A DNA stretch of 64,000 bases. Origin: Verrucomicrobiota bacterium. Lineage in GTDB: Bacteria; Verrucomicrobiota; Verrucomicrobiia; Limisphaerales; UBA8199. Of the stretch, positions 57,797-64,000 are shown piece after piece. Position 1 is the stretch's first letter. Each line of letters begins with the position of its first letter. The notes beneath the pieces are model-generated. The model was not told the DNA's origin, did not search any database, and saw only the letters and a list, made by a program, of their open reading frames with translations. The DNA lies in contig JAAYVL010000156.1 in NCBI GenBank assembly GCA_012517205.1, forward strand, positions 290-64,289, written 5' to 3'. Both the position numbers and the translations under genes were made by a program.

Positions 57797-57898
57797 ATGG
57801 GCTCATTGAAGAAACGACGAAAAGCTAAGATTAACAAGCATAAACGGCGCAAGAAGCTGCGCGCGCATCGTCACAAGAAGCGCACCTGGCAGAAGTAG
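57797..57898 (+). CDS. 33-aa basic protein, bS22 / AURKAIP1-COX24 (DUF1713) family small ribosomal protein candidate
   Basis: MGSLKKRRKAKINKHKRRKKLRAHRHKKRTWQK resembles the MGS..KKRRK.M.K.KHRK.LR pattern of that family. Confidence 0.78.
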   Translation: MGSLKKRRKAKINKHKRRKKLRAHRHKKRTWQK

Positions 57899-57976
57899 CC
57901 GGGCGGCCTTAGCCGGTTGCCCAATCAGCATTCGGCGCCACCCGTGCTCGGAGCGGGGCGGGTGGCGCTTTATTGC

Positions 57977-59674
57977 ATGCGGCGTCGTTTCTGGAGAGCC
58001 GGGGGGTGGTTCGTCATCGGCTGCTGGCTGGCGGCGGGGTGTGGCTCCGTGCCCGAGTCCGGGAGCCCGGCGCCGGGGAAGCGTTCCGCTAATGCCGCCC
58101 GGTCGGCCAAAGCGGCGGCGCGGTCCTTTGAAAGAGCGGTCGAGGCGCATGCCCGTTATGCGGCCGCGGTGATCCAGGAGATGAACGGGGAGACGCAGCT
58201 TGCGGAGGAGGGTTATTACCAGGCGGCGCTGCAGGACCCGGGCGATGACACGCTCACCTTGGCGGTGTCCGAGCGTTTCCTGCGCCGCCAGCAGACCCAG
58301 CGGGCGCTGGAGGTCATGCTGCGCGCCGCGGAGCAGCCGGATGCCTCGGGGCGGGTCTATGCGCGGCTGGGGGAGATTTATGTCCGCCTGGACAAGCCGG
58401 CGGAGGCCGAAGCCGCCAGCCGGGTGGCGATCCGGAAAGCGCCGGGGACGATCGCCGGTTATCGGAATCTTGTTCAGCTTTGCATGGCCCGGCAGCAGCC
58501 GGAGGCGGCGCTTAAAGTGTTGGACGAGGCGGCCCGGCAGACCGGGGTGGACGCGGATTTCCTGGTGACCCTGGCCGAGATGTATGCGGGGGTTGGCTTG
58601 AAGGCGGCCGCGCTCAAGGACGAGGCAAATGCGGCGGCGCGCGGCTTGTTGAACCGGGCGGCGCAAACCGGGGCGCTGACCCCGCTGCTGCGGCTGAAGC
58701 TGGCGGACGGCTACCTTCTGCTGGGCGACGCGGAGCGGGCGGCGGAGTTTTACCTCGAGGTGCTGAAGCGGCCGCCGGATCTGCCGCTGGTGCAGGAGCG
58801 GGTGCGGGCCAATCTCACTTCGATTTACCTGCGCGGCAGCGACCACCCGCGGGCCAGTGAACAGCTCCGGGCCATCCTGCGCGACGACCCGACCAATCCC
58901 CAGGCCTATTACTACCTGGGCCGGCTGGCGCTGGAAGACCGCCAGCCGGCGGAAGCCGTCGAGGCGTTCAGCAAAGCCATCCTGCTCAGCCCGGACATTG
59001 AGTCGGCGTATTACTACCTGGCCGTGGCCCAGATGGAGGTGGCGAAACCCGGCGAGGCCCTGGCGACCCTGGAGAAGGCGCGGCAGCGGTTTGCCCAGAG
59101 TTTCGCGATGGAGTTCTATACCGCGCTGGCCTATAACCGGCAGAAGGATTACGCGCAGGCGGTGCGGCATTTTATCGTCGCCGAAGTCATCGCCAAGGCC
59201 ACCGACCCGGGGCATTTGAACGAGGGGTTTTACTTTCAGTTGGGCGCCGCCTGCGAACGGAACGGGGATTACGCGCAGGCGGAGAAGTATTTTCAACAAT
59301 GCCTGCAACTGGCGCCCGATTTCGCCGAGGCCCTGAACTACCTGGGCTACATGTGGGCGGAGCGCGGCGAGAAATTGTCGGCGGCGCGGGAATTGATCGA
59401 GCGGGCGGTCAAGGCGGAGCCGCGAAACGCGGCTTTCCTGGACAGTCTGGCGTGGGTGCTGTTCAAGCTCGGCCAACCCGGCGAGGCGCTGCCGCATGCG
59501 CTCCGGGCGGTGGAGCTGTCGGAGCAGCCGGACGCCACCCTCTTTGATCACCTGGGCGACATCTACCACGCGTTGCGGGAGCCGGACAAAGCGCGCGCGG
59601 CCTGGCGGCAGTCGCTGGCGGTCGAGCCGAGCGCGGAGGTGCGCCAAAAACTGGAGGCCAACACACCCCCATGA
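57977..59674 (+). CDS. Tetratricopeptide-repeat protein, probable lipoprotein
   Basis: MRRRFW...WLAAGC lipobox-like segment; multiple TPRs; C-terminal ALNYLGYMWAE...AAFLDSLAWVLFKLG...LFDHLGDIY. Confidence 0.85.
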   Translation: MRRRFWRAGGWFVIGCWLAAGCGSVPESGSPAPGKRSANAARSAKAAARSFERAVEAHARYAAAVIQEMNGETQLAEEGYYQAALQDPGDDTLTLAVSERFLRRQQTQRALEVMLRAAEQPDASGRVYARLGEIYVRLDKPAEAEAASRVAIRKAPGTIAGYRNLVQLCMARQQPEAALKVLDEAARQTGVDADFLVTLAEMYAGVGLKAAALKDEANAAARGLLNRAAQTGALTPLLRLKLADGYLLLGDAERAAEFYLEVLKRPPDLPLVQERVRANLTSIYLRGSDHPRASEQLRAILRDDPTNPQAYYYLGRLALEDRQPAEAVEAFSKAILLSPDIESAYYYLAVAQMEVAKPGEALATLEKARQRFAQSFAMEFYTALAYNRQKDYAQAVRHFIVAEVIAKATDPGHLNEGFYFQLGAACERNGDYAQAEKYFQQCLQLAPDFAEALNYLGYMWAERGEKLSAARELIERAVKAEPRNAAFLDSLAWVLFKLGQPGEALPHALRAVELSEQPDATLFDHLGDIYHALREPDKARAAWRQSLAVEPSAEVRQKLEANTPP

Positions 59675-59716
59675 GCGGAAAAACCCATCGCCTATCCGGC
59701 CCGCAGGCCTGTTGTC

Positions 59717-60100
59717 ATGCCCTACCGGTTTAAGAAACATTACACGCGGGAGGAAGCCCGGGAGCTGCTGCCGCTCATCCGGCAGTGGCTCCAGCAAATG
59801 GCGCAGCGACGCGCCGAGCTGGAAAAGGTCGAGCGGCGGTTGGGCGGGTTAATGGCGCCGGGGAGCGACCTGGGCGGAGGGCTGGTGAACACCTGGGTGA
59901 GAACCCTGGTGGCCCTGAACGAACTGCTGCTGGAGTTCGCGCGCCGGGAAATCCAGTTGAAGAGCCTGGATCGCGGGCTGGTGGATTTCCCGGCGATTAT
60001 TGACGGGCGCGAGGTGTTCTTATGCTGGGAGCAGGATGAGGAGGACGTCGAGTTCTGGCACGAACTGGACGGGGGCTATGCCGGGCGCGAACGGGTATAG
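59717..60100 (+). CDS. DUF2203 domain protein
   Basis: HYTREEARELLP, IQLKSLDRGLVDFPA..DGREVFLCW..DE..VEFWHELDGGYAGRE. Confidence 0.85.
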   Translation: MPYRFKKHYTREEARELLPLIRQWLQQMAQRRAELEKVERRLGGLMAPGSDLGGGLVNTWVRTLVALNELLLEFARREIQLKSLDRGLVDFPAIIDGREVFLCWEQDEEDVEFWHELDGGYAGRERV

Positions 60101-60126
60101 CGTAGGCCGCGGAGTGGCGGGCGGGA

Positions 60127-61641
60127 TCAGTCCGGCGGGAAGAGCATTTCTTCCGCGAAGATTTCCTGGAACCGCTCATCCTCGTTCAGGGAGACGTGCC
60201 GGATTTTGGCCCGGATCGCGGCATAGTCGTGGTCGTGCCCGGGCGGGTCGAATAAGGCCAGCTTGGCGCCCAGCAGGGCGGAATTGCCGGCCGGACGGAC
60301 CTGGTCGGCGGGGAAATCCAGCAGGCCGATTCGCCGCGCGCTGGCGTGATTGATGTAATTGCCGAAGGCACCGGCCAGGAAGACCTGGGAGAGGTCGGCC
60401 TTCGTCGCGCCCCATTGTTCCAGGAGGATGCGCAGGCCGGCGGCGATGGCGCCCTTGGCCAGTTGCAGTTCTCGCACGTCCCGTTGATTAAGCGCGACCG
60501 GCCCCGCCAGCGGCAGCGAATCGCCGTTGGCCAGCCGTCCGTTGGGCCGGATCCAGCCCAGGGACAGCCCGGCGGCCACTGCATCCACGAGGCCGCTGCC
60601 GCAAATCCCGCGCGGGGCGGCATTGCCGAGCACCCGGCATTGCAGCCGGCCGTTCTGCACGCGCACTCCGGCAATGGCGCCCGTTGCCGCCCGCATGCCC
60701 ATGGCGATGCGCGCGCCCTCGAAGGCCGGGCCGGCCGCCGTGGACGCGCACAGCAGGCGCTCGCGGTTGCCCACGACGATTTCGCCGTTGGTTCCCAGGT
60801 CAATCAGCGCCGCCAGGCGTTCGCTTTGAGGCAGGCGGGTTGCCAGCAGGCCGGCAAGAATGTCGCTGCCCACGAACCCGCCGAGGCAGGGCAGGAACTG
60901 CACCGGAGGGTTGCCGGGCAAATCCCAGCCTAGTTGGGCGGCGTCGAACTGCTGCCGCCCCGGAGAAGCCGGCTCGAAGGGATACAGCGCCAGCGGTTCG
61001 AGGCTGAGGCCGCAGAACAGGTGGTGCATGGCTGTGTTGCCGACGACGATCACGCTTTCGAGCGGGCGCGCGTCAGCGGCGCGTTCCGCCAGGAGGTCGG
61101 CCGCCAGGGCGCCGATCTGCTGGCGCGTCAGGTGCTCCAGCACGCCCTGGTGCGAACCGTCCAGGGCGAATTCAATGCGGCTCATAATGTCGGCGCCGTG
61201 CTGGGCCTGCGCGTTGAGCGCCGTGCGCACGCCCAGCACGCTTCCGGTCTGCCGGTCCACCAACTGCGCCACGAGGGTGGTGGTGCCCAGGTCCACCGCG
61301 AGACCCCAGCCCGGCTGCGGCGTGAAATCCAGCGCTGAATGATCGGTGAGAATCGCCGCTTCCCATTGGGCCAGCTCGATTTTCAGGTCTCCCTCCGCCC
61401 GCCCGCGGCAGGCCAGCCGCCAGCCGGCGTCCAGCTCGGCGGGGGAAAGTTTCCGCTTTTCCTCCGCGGTAATCGGCAGCGAGCCGGCCAGCACTTTAAT
61501 TTTGCACCCCCGGCAGCGCCCGCGCCCGCCGCACGGAAACTCGACTCCCTGCGCAAAAAGCGCGTCCGGCAAGGGGGTGCCGCGTTTTACCCGCAGCACC
61601 TTGCCCAGCGGCAACAACTCGATCTGGACGAACGGGCTCAT
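60127..61641 (-). CDS. ASKHA-domain (DUF4445) protein with N-terminal 2Fe-2S ferredoxin; RACo/RamA-like corrinoid reactivase
   Basis: PCGGRGRCRGC...RLAC ferredoxin; AVDLGTTT, HGADIMSRI, VGNTAMHHL, GFVGSDILAG, IDLGTNGEI, STAAGPAFEGA, GICGSG, QLAKGAI, LAGAFG, GNSALLGA. Confidence 0.9.
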   Translation of the reverse strand: MSPFVQIELLPLGKVLRVKRGTPLPDALFAQGVEFPCGGRGRCRGCKIKVLAGSLPITAEEKRKLSPAELDAGWRLACRGRAEGDLKIELAQWEAAILTDHSALDFTPQPGWGLAVDLGTTTLVAQLVDRQTGSVLGVRTALNAQAQHGADIMSRIEFALDGSHQGVLEHLTRQQIGALAADLLAERAADARPLESVIVVGNTAMHHLFCGLSLEPLALYPFEPASPGRQQFDAAQLGWDLPGNPPVQFLPCLGGFVGSDILAGLLATRLPQSERLAALIDLGTNGEIVVGNRERLLCASTAAGPAFEGARIAMGMRAATGAIAGVRVQNGRLQCRVLGNAAPRGICGSGLVDAVAAGLSLGWIRPNGRLANGDSLPLAGPVALNQRDVRELQLAKGAIAAGLRILLEQWGATKADLSQVFLAGAFGNYINHASARRIGLLDFPADQVRPAGNSALLGAKLALFDPPGHDHDYAAIRAKIRHVSLNEDERFQEIFAEEMLFPPD

Positions 61642-61815
61642 GGCGTCCGGTTAGCTTGTCCGCATTATACTCATGCGCGCAATACGCTAACCGCAATCCC
61701 GCCCGGATTCGAGCCAAATTGCTCTGTGGCCGCGCGGCGGATTGTGGCGCGGCCGCTGGTGATTTGGCCTGCGAATTGGCTTGAAGCGGCCGGGGCGATG
61801 CGCCAGACTCTTGAT

Positions 61816-61909
61816 TGCCAGGGCCCATGGACTGTGGACTTACGAACCCCGCCAGGGCCGGAAGGCAGCAACGGCAGTCTGCTCCGCAGTTGCCGTGGTC
61901 ACCCTGGCA
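61816..61909 (+). ncRNA. ffs: Signal recognition particle RNA (small bacterial 4.5S type)
   Basis: Terminal stem TGCCAGGG/CCCTGGCA enclosing the SRP core GAACCCCGCCAGGGCCGGAAGGCAGCAACGG (GGAA tetraloop). Classical position upstream of dnaX. Confidence 0.9.
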
Positions 61910-62006
61910 TGTTTAATTTTAGAATGCGGCGCGCCGTTGGTGGAATGAGGAACCCGGGCGGATGGGTTTTTCTTCCGCGTTCCGGCGCGCCAAACGCCGC
62001 GCTTAC

Positions 62007-63803
62007 ATGAGTTATCAAGTCATTGCTCGCAAGTATCGCCCGCAGCGGTTCCGGGATGTGGTGGGGCAGGAGCACGTCACGCAGACGCTGGCGCGCGCCC
62101 TGGAGCAGAAGCGCATTGCCCATGCCTACCTGTTCTGCGGGCCGCGCGGGACCGGCAAAACGACCATCGCCCGCATTTTCGCCAAGTGCCTTAATTGCGA
62201 GGGCGGGCCCCGGGTGGAGTTTGCGGAAGACGACCCGCGCTGCCGGGAAATCGCCGAAGGGCGTTCGCTGGACGTCTTCGAGATTGACGGCGCCAGCAAC
62301 AACGGCGTCGAGCAGGTTCGCGAGCTGCGCGAGACGTGCAAGTATGCGCCGGCCAGCTCCCGCTTCAAGATTTACATCATAGACGAAGTTCACATGCTGT
62401 CCACGGGGGCTTTCAACGCGCTGCTCAAGACCCTCGAAGAACCGCCGGCGCATGTGAAGTTCATGTTCGCCACGACCGACCCGGAGAAGGTGCTGCCCAC
62501 CATCCTGTCGCGCTGTCAGCGGTTCGACCTGCGGCGGATTCCGACGGCGCTGATTGCCCAGCACCTCGCGCACATCGCCGATCTGGAGAAAGTCCAGGTT
62601 GCGCCGGCCGCGCTCCACGCGATTGCGCGCGGGGCTGAGGGCGCGATGCGGGACGCGGAATCGGCGCTCGACCAGTTGATTAGCTTTTGCGGCGGCCGGA
62701 TCGAGGAGGCGGACGTGCTGTCCATGTTTGGGCTCACGGCGCAGGGCCAACTGCTGGAGCTCACCCGGATGGTGCTCGCCGGGGAAGTCGAAACGGCGTT
62801 GCGCCTGCTGAACGATCTGGCCAATCACGGCAAGGATTTGCGGCGGTTATTATCCGACCTGCTGAATCATTTTCGCAACCTGCTGATCTTCCAGGTCTCG
62901 CGCGGCGAACTGGATATGCTGGAGGTGTCCGAGGCCGAAGCGGCGGAGCTGAAAGAGCAATCCCCGATGGCCGGCGCGGACGCGCTCACGCGCATTATGG
63001 AAGTCTTCGCCGAGGCGGAGCGGCAGTTGCGCGACGCCGCCTCGAAGAAGATCCTGGTCGAGGTGGCCCTGCTCAGAGCGATTGAAGCGCGCGCCGCGGT
63101 GCGCGTGGACACGCTGCTGCAGCAGCTTCAGAGTTTGCGCGGCCCGGCGGAAACGCGCCCGGCCCCGGCGGGGGCTGCCCCCCCCAGTCATTTCGCGCCG
63201 GAGCCTTCCGCGTCGGCCGGTTCGCCCAAGCCGGCGGCGGGTGGCAAAAGGCGCGCGCCGGACGCGGCTGCGGAGGCCGAACCGGCCGGAACGGCGGCGG
63301 CGGCTGAAGAACTGCCGGGCGTCGCTCCGGGGTCTCCAAGGCGGACCGGTGACCTGGGCGGCCTGTGGAGCGGCTTGCTGGAGGCTGTAGGCCGCGCCAG
63401 CCAGTTCATCCGCAGCTACTTGCTGGGGGCGCACCCGGTTGCGTTTGCGGAGAACGTCCTGACGATTGGCTACGATCCCGAGTTTGGGGATCACCTTGGC
63501 CTGGTGGATACCCCCCGCACCCATGCGCTGCTCCAGACCAAGCTCGCTGAGTTGGGTCATCCCAATGTCCAGATCAAGTTCATCCAGACCGAGGCGCTCG
63601 CCAGCCCTGCTTTGCCGCCAGACACGGCCTCCCCTCCGCCGGCGGTGAGCGCCACCGCCCGGCGCACGGCGGTCAAGCCCGCCGCGTCGGCCGCAAACAA
63701 GCCGGAGGCGGTGTCGTTCAGCCAGGAAGATTTCAAGAATGACCCGTTGATCCAGAAGGCGCTGGAGATTTTCAAAGGGCGGATCGTGGAGGTTCGTGCC
63801 TGA
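62007..63803 (+). CDS. dnaX: DNA polymerase III subunit gamma/tau
   Basis: MSYQVIARKYRPQRFRDVVGQ, HAYLFCGPRGTGKTT, EIDGASNNGV, YIIDEVHMLS..AFNALLKTLEEPP, TILSRCQRF. Confidence 0.97.
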   Translation: MSYQVIARKYRPQRFRDVVGQEHVTQTLARALEQKRIAHAYLFCGPRGTGKTTIARIFAKCLNCEGGPRVEFAEDDPRCREIAEGRSLDVFEIDGASNNGVEQVRELRETCKYAPASSRFKIYIIDEVHMLSTGAFNALLKTLEEPPAHVKFMFATTDPEKVLPTILSRCQRFDLRRIPTALIAQHLAHIADLEKVQVAPAALHAIARGAEGAMRDAESALDQLISFCGGRIEEADVLSMFGLTAQGQLLELTRMVLAGEVETALRLLNDLANHGKDLRRLLSDLLNHFRNLLIFQVSRGELDMLEVSEAEAAELKEQSPMAGADALTRIMEVFAEAERQLRDAASKKILVEVALLRAIEARAAVRVDTLLQQLQSLRGPAETRPAPAGAAPPSHFAPEPSASAGSPKPAAGGKRRAPDAAAEAEPAGTAAAAEELPGVAPGSPRRTGDLGGLWSGLLEAVGRASQFIRSYLLGAHPVAFAENVLTIGYDPEFGDHLGLVDTPRTHALLQTKLAELGHPNVQIKFIQTEALASPALPPDTASPPPAVSATARRTAVKPAASAANKPEAVSFSQEDFKNDPLIQKALEIFKGRIVEVRA

Positions 63804-63853
63804 CGGGCCATGATTTCCCGCAACCATTAACCATAGAGCATTACCCCAAAACC

Positions 63854-64000
63854 ATGTCGAGCATAGGCAAATTGATGAAACAAGCCGCGCGCATGCAGCA
63901 GCAGATGGAGCAAATCCAGGCCGCCCTGGCCGCCCGCACGGTTGAAGCTACCAGCGGCGGCGGCGCGGTAAAGGTGGTGGCGAAGTGCGACGGCACGATC
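63854..64000 (+). CDS. ybaB: YbaB/EbfC nucleoid-associated protein, 5' part only
   Basis: MSSIGKLMKQAARMQQQMEQIQAALAARTVEATSGGGAVKVVAKCDG; follows dnaX. Confidence 0.9.
   Translation, partial: MSSIGKLMKQAARMQQQMEQIQAALAARTVEATSGGGAVKVVAKCDGTI

Overview
High-GC bacterial chromosome segment. Gene content (three-domain IspG, DapL, PilD with a large insert, ThuA/TIM-barrel/Gfo-Idh-MocA paralogues, Ig/'FYR'-module secreted proteins) suggests Verrucomicrobiota, probably Pedosphaera/Limisphaera-like; this is inference only. It is mostly housekeeping and metabolic genes: cdsA-dxr-rseP-ispG, three tandem CNNM/CorC genes, proB-mazG-aminopeptidase, gltS, rpmI-rplT-pheS-pheT, ggt, dapL, queA, aroE, pilD, pyrC, cutA, rluA-SET, a 33-aa bS22-like ORF, and ffs (SRP RNA)-dnaX-ybaB. 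I see no transposase, integrase, phage, cas, reverse transcriptase or tRNA/rRNA genes. The most unusual signals are non-coding. (1) A ~100-bp near-perfect hairpin built from TGTACAAGGG units occurs three times, with modular flanks; a 17-bp palindrome lies exactly 106 bp from the hairpin in two copies, and one copy appears to have its loop inverted relative to its flank. (2) A GGAG-type REP-doublet cassette is amplified into two tandem arrays (165-bp and 254-bp periods). Coding oddities include an orphan WspA/WspB-like pair, a RACo-like corrinoid activator and a shared W..TN...FYR module on two secreted proteins. Most long alternative-frame ORFs in the supplied track are GC-rich shadow ORFs. 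All family assignments come from motif recognition by eye; no searches were run.
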